A stretch of DNA of 16,244 nt. Origin: Tubiluchus corallicola (Eukaryota > Animalia > Priapulida). How positions within the stretch are numbered: the stretch's first letter is position 1; each line of letters starts with the position of its first letter. The stretch is from NCBI GenBank assembly GCA_030141605.1, contig JAQGDQ010002061.1, positions 1 to 16,244 on the forward strand, in the 5' to 3' direction. Both the position numbers and the translations under genes were made by a program. The notes beneath the pieces were generated by a model. The model had not been told where the DNA came from. It made no database searches and saw only the letters and a program-made list of their open reading frames with translations. This document shows, piece after piece, positions 1-9,409 of this stretch.

Positions 1-295
<295 letters not shown>

Positions 296-943
296 CTGTT
301 ACGCCAGTCAATATTTAGTGTCCAAGCTTCGGTTATCTCACACAACTTGTACTCTTGAGATATATGATTGCTGCACATCAATAATACTTAATGGCTTGGA
401 AATTGACCAGACATCAATCTTGCATTCCAAACACTTTGGAGTCAAGTCTGTACAAAAAGAGTGGACGCTAAGGAGCTTCAAGAACATGCTACTTATCGAT
501 AGCGAGCTAGCGAGACATCTGCATGATGTGTTTGGCGATCTTGAGTTTGACCCTAGGATCTTTGAGTCTCCAGTCATAACCCCCAGGACTGCATGAGACA
601 TGAGACGTGTAAGGCTTCCACGCTAACTACTGATTGCATGATACATTCTGAGCTGACTGAGTAATACTGTGGTACAAATTGTTCACTGCTATTACTCGTT
701 GTTTTTGCATAATTAACAAAATGAAATTTTATGCCCTGCAATTAATGCTCTTACTTATAGTTACTATTATACATTAATTTAAATGTTACATAACTGTATA
801 TGCAATTTTTTAGGTTAGATCACCAAGACTTGAGTTCCGTGAAACAGTTTGACGATGATAATTATTTGAATTTAGAAAATAATTGAAACTAACCACTGTG
901 AAACTAAATCATGATTTATTGCAGTTTAAGTTTGTTAGCTTAC

Positions 944-1095
944 TGTAACTTTAAGAGCTTTATTCTGCTGAGTTTTAGTTTCCACATCAAGTGCCGCTCC
1001 TAACCATTGATTGTCTTTTTTATCCCAAACTCTATCTGAATTATTGCAATTTCTGTCCACATATTGACGACGAATTATGTCGTAACACACATTCC
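944..1095 (-). CDS. Integrin alpha subunit, coding exon 3 (beta-propeller); gene continues to the left
   Basis: Acceptor ttttgcag|, phase-1 start matching exon 2. Translates (G)NVCYDIIRRQYVDRNCNNSDRVWDKKDNQWLGAALDVETKTQQNKALKVT, then donor |GTAAGC (phase 0). DNQWLG is the hallmark of the second FG-GAP repeat of integrin alphas. Length 152 nt = 2+150. Confidence 0.9.
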
Positions 1096-1430
1096 CTGCA
1101 AAACAGGAGTAATCCTGTAAAATACCTTTTTTAAAATCATTTCCTTCACAAAAAGTGCAGTTCGTGCCGTTCTTACCAACAACTAACAACAAACCTGAAA
1201 CTGTTCGCCTGGTTGTTTGTTTGTCTGTTGTTTAGTCGCAAGTTCTGCTATAGCTTTCTGGGAAAAATATGGCGGAAAAAGCAAATGGTGTGCAGTGTAC
1301 ACTAGGCATAAATTTACTGTTACTCTATAAAACATAAGATGAAGAAAGAAAATACAATCTCTTGACAATTCCGCATCGTGTAAACATTGGTGACAAAAAT
1401 CCAAAATCTTCAGGCCCATACTTAGTTTAC

Positions 1431-1555
1431 CTTTGTCATCTACTTTCACCTCTTCACACTGACCGCCCTCAACTGGACATTTGAAGAGAGCACCTGGACT
1501 CTCTACTGATGACGGTATGTAAGTTGAGTTTGACTTTGGTGCTCCCACCAGTAAC
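1431..1555 (-). CDS. Integrin alpha subunit, coding exon 2
   Basis: Acceptor ttttacag|G completes the Trp codon begun in exon 1. Translates LLVGAPKSNSTYIPSSVESPGALFKCPVEGGQCEEVKVDDK(G), then donor |GTAAAC. LLVGAP and PGA(L/V)FKC...C are FG-GAP repeat 1 motifs, and there is an NST sequon. Length 125 nt = 1+123+1. Confidence 0.93.
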
Positions 1556-2167
1556 CTGTAAAATTAATTTGCATGTTTATTACAACAGCAGCTGGAACAG
1601 AGAATTGCGAGTCCAAACAAGATTAGTGACCACTGGGGTGAAATTCGTGCAAATGCAGGTTTTTTCTTATGCAGCTTCGCACTTCAAAAGTTAGGATCCA
1701 GCACTGAGGATAAGTGCTACTTAATGTACATGGCTGAGGCAGGATCGGAATCTACCTCATTATTGAGCAAAATCCCCTGACATGCGGCACACTGAATTGG
1801 CCAACAGAGTTGCCTGACTGAATGTAAATATCCCGGTACAAGAGAAGCAGCCAAAGTAGTGTAGCAGATCACCCACACATAGTTTTTCTGTTGATTGCCC
1901 ATTCTTTTGTTAACCAGGTTCTGCACTGTTTAACTTGTGTAATACAAACTGTGACCGCTCAACTGTTCTCTTGCCTTAGAATGTGTATTGAGTTTAAAAT
2001 GCCTGTTTTAATAAGTTACAGCAACTGTTTTAGTTGAACATGCCACTACGGCACTTTAGATCAAAGTGCCATCTACATTTAACTGTTGAAGTTAATCGAC
2101 CATTATGCAGTTATTTACCTTCAGAAACTGGACCAAAGTTAAACCATTAGCTACACTACGATAACGT

Positions 2168-2202
<35 letters not shown>

Positions 2203-2207
2203 GTGAT
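2168..2207. repeat. (TGA)n / (ATC)n microsatellite
   Basis: About 12 near-perfect units directly visible in integrin intron 1. Confidence 0.95.
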
Positions 2208-2220
2208 AACAAGTGTATAC

Positions 2221-2390
2221 CGGGAAATAACAGTGATATCAGTAGCATATGTGACATGTTCAAAGTATTTAACCTGCGCATCTGTGTAAGCAGTCAAGTT
2301 ATTTACTCTTCCAAATTTGCAAATAATTGTGGATAATTTTAGAAGAGGTTTGAGAATGGCCTGGCAGGTTGTCCCTGGGTAAGACCTAAG
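2221..2390 (-). mobile_element. Possible highly decayed LINE reverse-transcriptase fragment
   Basis: Minus-strand translation ...QAILKPLL...VNNL...DAQVKYFEHVTYATDITVIS loosely follows the non-LTR RT pattern GSILGPLLF...INDL...YADDxxxxS. The resemblance is weak and needs a profile search. Confidence 0.25.
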
Positions 2391-2747
2391 AAGATTTAAT
2401 GAGATCTGGTGATGTCCGATTGTGAGATGAGAAACCAAATCAATATCAAGTGTAGAATTTCACTGAATCGTGCTCCGTTATGTTTAAACTATGGGCGCTG
2501 CTCATCAAAATTGGTTTATGTCGTCATCACTGTTGCAGCCATCGCCGACGTCATCAGTATCGTCATTTTTGCCTTCACCATCAGCGTTATCAACCATCAC
2601 CGTCACATCTACAGCCACTAACTGCGTCTGTTGCCATGACTACAGTCATCTCCATCCAAACTACAAGCTTAGCGTTGTACTACCAATTTTACAAACTTGT
2701 ATATTGTATAAAAAATCAAATATATAAAAATTTAATGTTAAATTTAC

Positions 2748-2950
2748 CAAGTATCCTGCTGACCTTCAAACAATGCTACTGTATATCCAAAAAAACTTTG
2801 TCCCCTGTTAATGGGATCATAGAAAACACTTTCTCTGGCGTCTTCAATATCTAAGTTGAATGCCCGTGCATTTCTAGTCATAATACAGGTTATATACACG
2901 ATAAAAACCGCCGCTAGGTGGTGTAAAAACTGTTCTTGTATTGACTTCAT
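2748..2950 (-). CDS. Integrin alpha subunit, coding exon 1 (signal peptide and mature N-terminus)
   Basis: MKSIQEQFLHHLAAVFIVYITCIMTRNARA|FNLDIEDARESVFYDPINRGQSFFGYTVALFEGQQDT(W). Hydrophobic signal ending A-x-A, followed by the canonical FNLD start and FFGY(S/T)V motif. Donor TG|GTAAAT (phase 2) is compatible with exon 2. Confidence 0.93.
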
Positions 2951-3704
2951 AATTCACTGTTGGCTCAATTAGTTATCCACATCAAACTAACACAAAACTG
3001 TACACGATTGTGAAGAGAGAGTAAAACCATCGACCAGCCAGCCTATCCCACACACGTATTTACAAATGCATGATGAATTTGAGCAAACGTTACAGTTTCA
3101 GTAACCAGCTTTCACCGTAGCAACAAATTCCAAAGCGGTTTCAAGCGGTTCCCAGATATCTCCACTGCTTCATTCTACAACAAAAGCCAACAAATGTGTA
3201 TTATTAGTTACATTCAGAATCGTAGATTTCAGAGTCATTCATTACATCTCGTGTAGCTGTAGATCTGATTAAGTATAACATAGTCACGTCGTAGTTACAC
3301 CATCTAATAGCTTATAAATGTTTTCCTTGTTTAAAAGACATTATACTGTATATAAGTATGCGAAGGTGTCTGATAGAATAGTTATAGGGTGACTAAACCC
3401 GGCTGTTTCTACCAACCATTTCCTTGAGTTGTTTATACTGGGAATGCTCCCGCGAAAGGGAAATACTAACTTGTAACATTTTAGTTACATCCAGGATTCT
3501 GCTGATTAGAGCGGGCAGTATGATTCATATGGTTGTTCGTACTCTTCCCGTAGTGAAAATTTAGGTGAAGCATGTAATTTAGTGACACTGTAGTCTGTAA
3601 AATATAGAGCAGGTGTGAAATTCACAGACGCTACATATTGTACATTGTAATTATAGAAGTTTGCCAAGAAGGCCTTCTCAGCATAAAATGAGTCTCTTCC
3701 TGGG

Positions 3705-3705
3705 C

Positions 3706-3746
<41 letters not shown>

Positions 3747-3858
3747 CGACAACGACGACGATGACAACAACAACAACAACAACAGCAGCAAACAACAACA
3801 ACGACAACGACAGCAACAACGGCAACGACAATGACAACAACAACAACAGCAACAACAA
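3705..3858. repeat. (CAA)n microsatellite with CGA/CAG variants
   Basis: Directly visible; explains the poly-Val/Leu ORF 3631..3858. Confidence 0.97.
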
Positions 3859-3984
3859 TCTTTGTTTAAAGATAAATTTTAGATAGGTTTTTAGATAAAT
3901 TAATTAATATAAACTCAAAGAGCTTTTTGTCAAATGTAAATAACAAATCTGAAAAACGTAATAGTGATTACTGTTACTCCACTT

Positions 3985-4107
3985 TTGCCCTAATTACCAG
4001 GCAGGGTAGTAGCAGGTACCGTTATACGTCATTGGTATGAATAGGCTTCAGTATCGAACTCACGACCTCCCAGATGGAAAGCTGATGCGTTGCCACAAGA
4101 CTATACC
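3985..4107 (-). mobile_element. Decayed tRNA-derived SINE with a Meta/MESC-like central domain
   Basis: The minus strand reads GGTATAGTCTTGTGGCAACGCATCAGCTTTCCATCTGGGAGGTCGTGAGTTCGATACTG, containing an A-box-like TAGTCTTGTGG and a B-box-like GAGTTCGATAC. It is followed by CATACCAATGACGTATAACGGTACCTGCTACTACCCTGCCTGG, which resembles from memory the conserved core of MetaSINE/MESC SINEs. No intact acceptor stem. Confidence 0.65.
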
Positions 4108-4120
4108 ATCTAAGCTATTG

Positions 4121-4563
4121 CTAATCAGCTATCACAGCTGGTTGATTATTTGGTACCCAAAAAGTCCAGTGTAACTGATAATAACTGTCACAGTTGGTTG
4201 ATTATAATGCTGGCCAAAAAGTGGAGTGCAACTGATAATAACTGTTACAGTTGGTTGATTATAATGCTGGCCAAAAATCCAGTGCAACTGATAATAACTG
4301 TCACCGTTGGTTGATTATAATGCTGGCCAAAAAGTGGAGTGCAACTGATAATAACTGTCACAGTTGGTTGATTATAATGCTGGCCAAAAATCCAGTGCAA
4401 CTGATAATAACTGTCACCGTTGGTTGATTATAATGCTGGCCAAAAATCCAGTGCAACTGATAATAACTGTCACAGTTAGCTGATTGTATTGCTGGCCAAG
4501 AAATATCTGTGCAACTGACGATAACTTGTCACTATTGGCTGATTATAGTACCAGAAAAAATCC
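4121..4563. repeat. 56-57 bp minisatellite, about 7.5 copies
   Basis: Unit ATAATAACTGTCACAGTTGGTTGATTATAATGCTGGCCAAAAA(GTGG/TCC)AGTGCAACTG starts at 4178, 4235, 4291, 4348, 4404, 4460 and about 4518. Outer copies are degenerate. Confidence 0.95.
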
Positions 4564-4634
4564 CTTTGGTGATGCCCACCTTTAACTCGGTGCAGGTTTA
4601 GCTTAAACTTCAAACACTTTGAATACATCCAGAA

Positions 4635-5026
4635 TAGGCCTTTTCACAGTATCGTTGTGCGCACGCGCAGCTGCTGTGGGTCAGAGATTAAGTGTACCAC
4701 AGCAACGCGTCTTAACTACAACCGTCACGTGACGTGTGCGTAAAGCAAAACCGTTTGTCGCATCAGTTCAGTAACTTCAGATGTTTTACGTGGACCTTAC
4801 TTGATTATGCATTAGTCTGTGCGAGGAGTGATTTACTAGCAGGATCTTGCTTGGGAACAATAAAAAATAAACTAGGTATGGTTCTAGCTTGCTATTAATT
4901 CTTTTACTATTACAGTAGCATGGGCTTCGAGGCGTTATCAAGTGTACACAAATGCGTTGTCTGGTACAAGTGTACCTTTGAACTCTGTATGATCATCGTC
5001 AATTGCTGGAATTGTGAAATAGCTTA
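4635..5026 (+). mobile_element. MITE family X, copy 1 (about 390 bp; TAG/TAA-initiated TIRs, tentatively Academ-like)
   Basis: Termini TAGGCCTTTTCACAGT...ATTGTGAAATAGCTTA are imperfect inverted repeats. The whole element aligns in reverse to 6088-6435. Confidence 0.75.
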
Positions 5027-5700
5027 TCACAGTTAAACATGGACATGACCACAAGACCTCAATACACAATTTTCTCCAAGGCGAGCGATAACCTAACCTC
5101 CACAACGGTTAGTAAAACGAAACTGACAACATTTAGTGATATATAATTTGAAGTCTGAATCAGACAAGACCTAACAGATGTATTTATGATTCATTCGTGA
5201 CTACTGATAAAAAGTTCGGATAAAAAAGGTAAAAAAATAACTTCGTTGAAGACACATGTATTTGCGTTGAGTCTGGGTGCTTTATTTTAGACTGTTTCTT
5301 ACTGATCAATACTGTACTGTTACTATTTTCTTACTGTTTCTTACTTAATAAATAATAAATAATAAATTTTAACTAAAACTACAACTATTTCTAGTTTCCT
5401 GTGACATAAAATGGTTTAAATAACGTTATTACAAAGCAAATTAAGCAGCAAACATTTTATGATGTTACTGACTTTCTGGAGTGCTTCTCAAGGTCACAGT
5501 TACAAAGTCGTCGAAGTACGTGAGAATTAGCAGATGATGCAGCTGTCTATCAGTGTTTACCTGCCTGTCATAGCTATATAACGACTTACCAGCCAACCTG
5601 GCGCCAGTACGCCAAGTTTGCAGACACTAAGACTCCTGATTGTTATCGATATTACATTTAGTGTTACAGTTAAAGATTTATGGTTTAAATTCATGCCCAG

Positions 5701-5802
5701 ATGGCAGCTTACGATTGTGCAAAACTGTCTAGCCTTTATCGTTACAGACCTAAACTGTCCAAAAATTTGGTGAAAAGAATCGTGGCGTATGCAAGAAATG
5801 GG
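5701..5802 (+). CDS. SAM-dependent methyltransferase (Methyltransf_11, DDB_G0268948-like), coding exon 1
   Basis: ATG at 5701, translating MAAYDCAKLSSLYRYRPKLSKNLVKRIVAYARNG, then a strong donor |GTGAGT (phase 0). Fits the family N-terminal Y..YRP....L...I..Y pattern. Too short for the ORF track. Confidence 0.8.
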
Positions 5803-6087
5803 GTGAGTATGGTTTTCTTAATTTCATTATTCGCCACAAGCAAGCTGTCAGGCATTATGCATGCGTAAAAGTAAGTGAGCTCAAGTGTTTTTAGTCGGTG
5901 ATAGTGACAATTTTAACAAGGGTTTAGGAGGCAGACGATTTTGCTAGCTAGACTATGGCTGCACAGTGCCTGGCCACACGGGACCTATCGCATGATTAAC
6001 TACTAATTAGAGATCACTTGTGTGACAGAATATTGTGATCACAACCTGGCGAGACTCAGGTCATTTCAACCAAATCTGGGTTCCAAA

Positions 6088-6435
6088 TAAGCCTTTTCAC
6101 AGTTCCATCAATTGACGATGAAAGTTTATGTACACTTGATAACGCTTCACAGCTGATGCTATTGTAATAGTAACAGTTTTAACAGCTAGCTAGAACCTTA
6201 CCTAGTTCATTTCTTCGTGTTCTCAAGCAAGATTCTGCTAGTAAATTACTCTACGCATAGACAAATGTATAATTAAGTAAAGTCCACGTAAAACAACTGA
6301 AGTTACTAAACTGATGCGACAGACGGCTTTGTATTACCCACATGTCACGCAATGGTTGTAGTTAAAACGCGTTGCTATGGTACACGTTTCCTACAGCAAC
6401 TGCGCGTGCGCACAACGAAATTGTAAAAAGGCTTA
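6088..6435 (-). mobile_element. MITE family X, copy 2 (about 350 bp), inverted relative to copy 1, in methyltransferase intron 1
   Basis: Termini TAAGCCTTTTCACAGTT...AATTGTAAAAAGGCTTA. Internal blocks such as GTACACTTGATAACGC, TGCTAGTAAAT, GTCCACGTAAAACA and TGCGCGTGCGCACAACGA are reverse complements of blocks in 4635-5026. Confidence 0.78.
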
Positions 6436-6570
6436 TTGCGGAGAACTCTGCGCGAAATAACATTAACTTTGACGGGTCCCTGACAATCAGTAATGTTGAA
6501 ACATACTACGTAGTTATGATAATTTTTGTTACTCGCTTGCGAAGTAAGTTACTTACTACGATTGTTTCAG

Positions 6571-6664
6571 AGAAGTTGTAAGCGTTTGGACCAGTTACTT
6601 GATGTAGGTTGCGGAACAGGTCACGTGACGAGACAATTTTCTCCTTATTTTAAAGTAATACAAG
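6571..6664 (+). CDS. Methyltransferase coding exon 2 (SAM-binding motif I)
   Basis: Acceptor ttgtttcag|, translating RSCKRLDQLLDVGCGTGHVTRQFSPYFKVIQ(G), then donor |GTAAAC (phase 1). LLDVGCGTG is canonical motif I. Confidence 0.92.
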
Positions 6665-6719
6665 GTAAACAGGAAACAATTTAGTGATGTACGTGCAAAT
6701 GTATCTTTTACTTTATCCA

Positions 6720-7050
6720 ATTTAAGTATTTTTTCTTCTTGTTTCTTTTTTATTTGTATAATTTTCCTTCCTTGCACAATCTCTTGTCTCCTTCTTTCTT
6801 TATTTTTGCTTTCCTTTTTTGTTTTTCTTTATTTCTTTCCTTCTTTCCTTCCTTCCTTCCTTGATCCTTCTTCGCTTCCTTCCCTCTTTTCTCTGTTTCC
6901 TCCTTCCTTTCTTTCCTTCGTTCTTTTTCTTCCTTTCTTTCGTTTTTTCATTATTTCCTTTTTCTTCCCTTTCTGCCTTCTTTTGTTCTTTCTGCTTCCT
7001 CTCTTTTCTTCTGCCATTTTTCCTTTATTCTTGGTCTTTCTTCTGTTTTT
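6720..7050. repeat. Low-complexity polypyrimidine (T/C) tract
   Basis: Almost purely T/C; produces the spurious Phe/Ser/Leu and Lys/Arg/Glu ORFs at 6806-7108. Confidence 0.9.
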
Positions 7051-7080
7051 TGGCATAAGCGTCTCATACACCTTTGGAGC

Positions 7081-7850
7081 CCACCTCATTGAAGTCCATC
7101 CTCATTGAAGACCACCCTAATTGAAGCCCACCCTCATTGAAGTCCACTCTCATTGAAGTCCACCCTCATTGAAGCCCACCCTAATTGAAGCCTACCCTCA
7201 TTGAAGTCCATCCTCATTGAAGTCCATCCTCATTGAAGTCCACCCTCATTGAAGTCCATCCTCATTGAAGTCCATCCTCATTGAAGTCCATCCTCATTGA
7301 AGTCCATCCTCATTGAAGACCACCCTAATTGAAGCCCACCCTCATTAAAGTCCATCCTCATTGAAGTCCATCCTCATTGAAGTCCATCCTCATTGAAGTC
7401 CACCCTCATTGAAGTCCATCCTCATTGAAGTCCATCCTCATTGAAGTCCATCCTCATTGAAGTCCATCCTCGAAGCACCCTTCCATAGCCCACCCTCATT
7501 GAAGTCCACCCTCATTGAAGTCCATCCTCACTGAAGTCCATCCTCATTGAAGTCCATCCTCATTGAAGTCCATCCTCATTGAAGCCCACCCTCATTGAAG
7601 TCCATCCTCATTGAAGTCCATCCTCATTGAAGTCCACCCTCATTGAAGTCCATCCTCATTGAAGTCCATCCTCATTGAAGTCCATCCTCATTGAAGTCCA
7701 CCCTCATTGAAGCCCATCCTCATTGAAGTCCACCCTCATTGAATTCCACCCTCATTGAAGTCCATCCTCATTGAAGTCCACTCTCACTGAAATCCACCCT
7801 TTTTGAAGCCCACCCTCATTGAAGTCCACCCTTTTTGAAGGCCACCCTCT
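7081..7850 (+). repeat. 16-bp minisatellite CTCATTGAAG(T/C)CCA(T/C)C, about 48 units, at the 3' end of methyltransferase intron 2
   Basis: Directly visible head-to-tail 16-mers without spacers; one irregular unit near 7470-7490. Confidence 0.97.
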
Positions 7851-7862
7851 TTGTGGTTGCAG

Positions 7863-8149
7863 GAATTGACGCGAGTGAAACACAAATACAAGTTGCGCGG
7901 AAGTCCGAGACCAACCATCACATCCGGTACAAGGTTGGAAAGGCAGAATCCCTTTCTGAGGCCGAAAGAACTGTGGACCTTGTCAACTGTTCACAAGCAC
8001 TCCACTTCTTCGACATTAAAAAGTTTTTTGCGGAAGTGGATCGGGTACTGAAGCCAGGTGGAGCCTTAAGCATATCCGCCTACATCTTACCTAAGTTAAT
8101 ACATGCCACACCTGGCCTGGGAGAGCAGCTCCAGACAGCATTGACCCAG
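7863..8149 (+). CDS. Methyltransferase coding exon 3
   Basis: Acceptor gttgcag| (phase 1), translating (G)IDASETQIQVARK...GKAESL...VDLVNCSQALHFFDIKKFFAEVDRVLKPGGALSISAY...LQTALTQ, then donor CAG|GTGATG (phase 0). Contains the acidic residue after strand 2, the QALH(W/F)FD family signature and RVLKPGG. Length 287 nt = 2+285. Confidence 0.93.
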
Positions 8150-8313
8150 GTGATGTATTTTTTCATCCAACTCACCGTTATCATTTTAAAGCACAAGAAA
8201 ACCCCTCATAAACATAAAGCTTAAAAAATTCGTTTTGAAGTTTTATATCGCTTACATACTGTCTTTTTGCGTGTAGGACTTCAATCGGCAGTCACGCTGT
8301 ATAAACATGTAAA

Positions 8314-8673
8314 TTTAAACTCCCGCGATGACCGTTAGACGCAGCCATTTTCACGACAGGTCATTCGTAGCGCTCAAGTCACTAACTAAATAAAATTTAA
8401 AATTACTGTATCTTGTCAATAAGATTAAAAAAAGTTTTTGGTTACTGAGTGGTGTGACATTTTACCAACTGGTGAAAACATTTTAAATAATTAATAATTT
8501 TCTTTTCTAGTTACATAAGTCTTTCTAGTAGGTAAGTGTAAATCTAAGTAATATAGATTTGCCCGGAAAGTCTTAGAGACATAATTTAACATTGTCTTTT
8601 CTTCCCTTGATTTACGTTTAGTACATGACGTCATGTAATGGCGACTTCGGAACAGTATTGCGGGAGATTTAAA
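8314..8673. mobile_element. Putative MITE-like element with about 44-bp imperfect inverted ends; second copy at 12460-12893
   Basis: Left end TTTAAACTCCCGCGATGACCGTTAGACGCAGCCATTTTCACGAC versus reverse complement of the right end TTTAAATCTCCCGCAATACTGTTCCGAAGTCGCCATTACATGAC. Superfamily not assignable. Confidence 0.4.
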
Positions 8674-9206
8674 ATCAAAACAAGCTAAAATTCCTTTCTG
8701 TGAGAGTAAGATATACGCATAAAATTGTTATAAAGTAATATAATTTTTTAGGGCGATTTTTCTGAAACCTACTTCAGGTACCCCTTTTCTTGTCCTTTAA
8801 TGCTTTTTGGTGTTACTTCGCAACAAGTAATGCTAACCAGTCAATCAGCGTCTGAAGCCAGGTGCATTCCATAATACTGCATTGCATAGTATGTTCTCAT
8901 GCAAAATTGTTTGTTGATACTTGGTGAAATGTGTTTGGTCACTTGTTCTGCATTCTTATAAAATAATTACGTATTATGGATTAGTAATATGACTTTTGTC
9001 ATAAATGTAGGTATGTGCTTATTTGTGTGTGCGTGCGTGCATATATGTGTGCACGGATGTGTCTGCATGTATAAATAAAGCTAATATTCAATGTTAGTGT
9101 TTAATAACAAATGGTTATTTGTTTATTTACAAGATTTTGTTTTAGTAACACACCACAAGAAGTTATTGTTAAAAGTTCAAAAGTCAAAGTCAGTTAAAAA
9201 GCAACT

Positions 9207-9224
9207 ACGTAGTGAAAGGGTTAA
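9207..9224 (-). mobile_element. Solo piggyBac-like terminus (TTAA|CCCTTTCACTACG); copy at about 11909-11926
   Basis: TTAA followed by CCC(TT) is the piggyBac end signature. No partner end was found in the intron. Confidence 0.35.
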
Positions 9225-9245
9225 TGCATGCTGTACTTAATTTAG

Positions 9246-9352
9246 TTTTATACTGATCATGGCTTCGAAAAACACTGGGGTTGGATGAAGACGTGGGTGG
9301 ATGAGCAGTACAGCGGACTCACCTTACCGTACGAGGAGGTATCTATTTACAG
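9246..9352 (+). CDS. Methyltransferase coding exon 4
   Basis: Acceptor aatttag| (phase 0), translating FYTDHGFEKHWGWMKTWVDEQYSGLTLPYEEVSIY(R), then donor AG|GTAAAA (phase 2). Fits the family FY...W.....VD..Y.....PY pattern. The frame differs from track ORF 9301..9492. Confidence 0.85.
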
Positions 9353-9409
9353 GTAAAAGGCAAATGACATGCCGTATTTATTTTAACTTTCATCTTTTAA
9401 TACAAGCAC

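Noticed and set aside
1183-1548. 121-aa and 85-aa minus-strand ORFs as standalone proteins
   Set aside because: Only the parts bounded by splice sites (1431-1555, 944-1095) are integrin-like; the rest is intron read-through.
2409-2854. Three overlapping plus-strand ORFs (His/Ser/Ile-rich)
   Set aside because: They arise from a decayed (CAT/CGT/CAC)n low-complexity tract and the antisense of integrin exon 1; no recognisable domain.
3631-3858. Poly-Val/Leu membrane-like ORF
   Set aside because: Antisense translation of the (CAA)n microsatellite.
4040-4107. Functional tRNA gene on the minus strand
   Set aside because: The A and B boxes are degenerate, there is no acceptor stem, and a SINE-like body follows.
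4121-4563. CRISPR-like 56-57 bp periodicity
   Set aside because: The whole unit is repeated; the variable part is only 3-4 nt and itself recurs.
6806-7108. Phe/Leu-rich and Lys/Arg-rich ORFs on both strands
   Set aside because: Products of the polypyrimidine low-complexity tract.
7081-7850. CRISPR array (units contain ATTGAAG / GCTTCAATGAGG, reminiscent of some CRISPR repeat ends); also 13361-14551
   Set aside because: The units are contiguous 16-mers with no unique spacers, there are no cas genes, and the array lies in a spliceosomal intron.
7835-8224. Single-exon 129-aa methyltransferase as given in the ORF track (and its mirror 12984..13373)
   Set aside because: It starts at a TTG in the minisatellite, lacks motif I and runs into intron; the real unit is exon 7863-8149 of a spliced gene.
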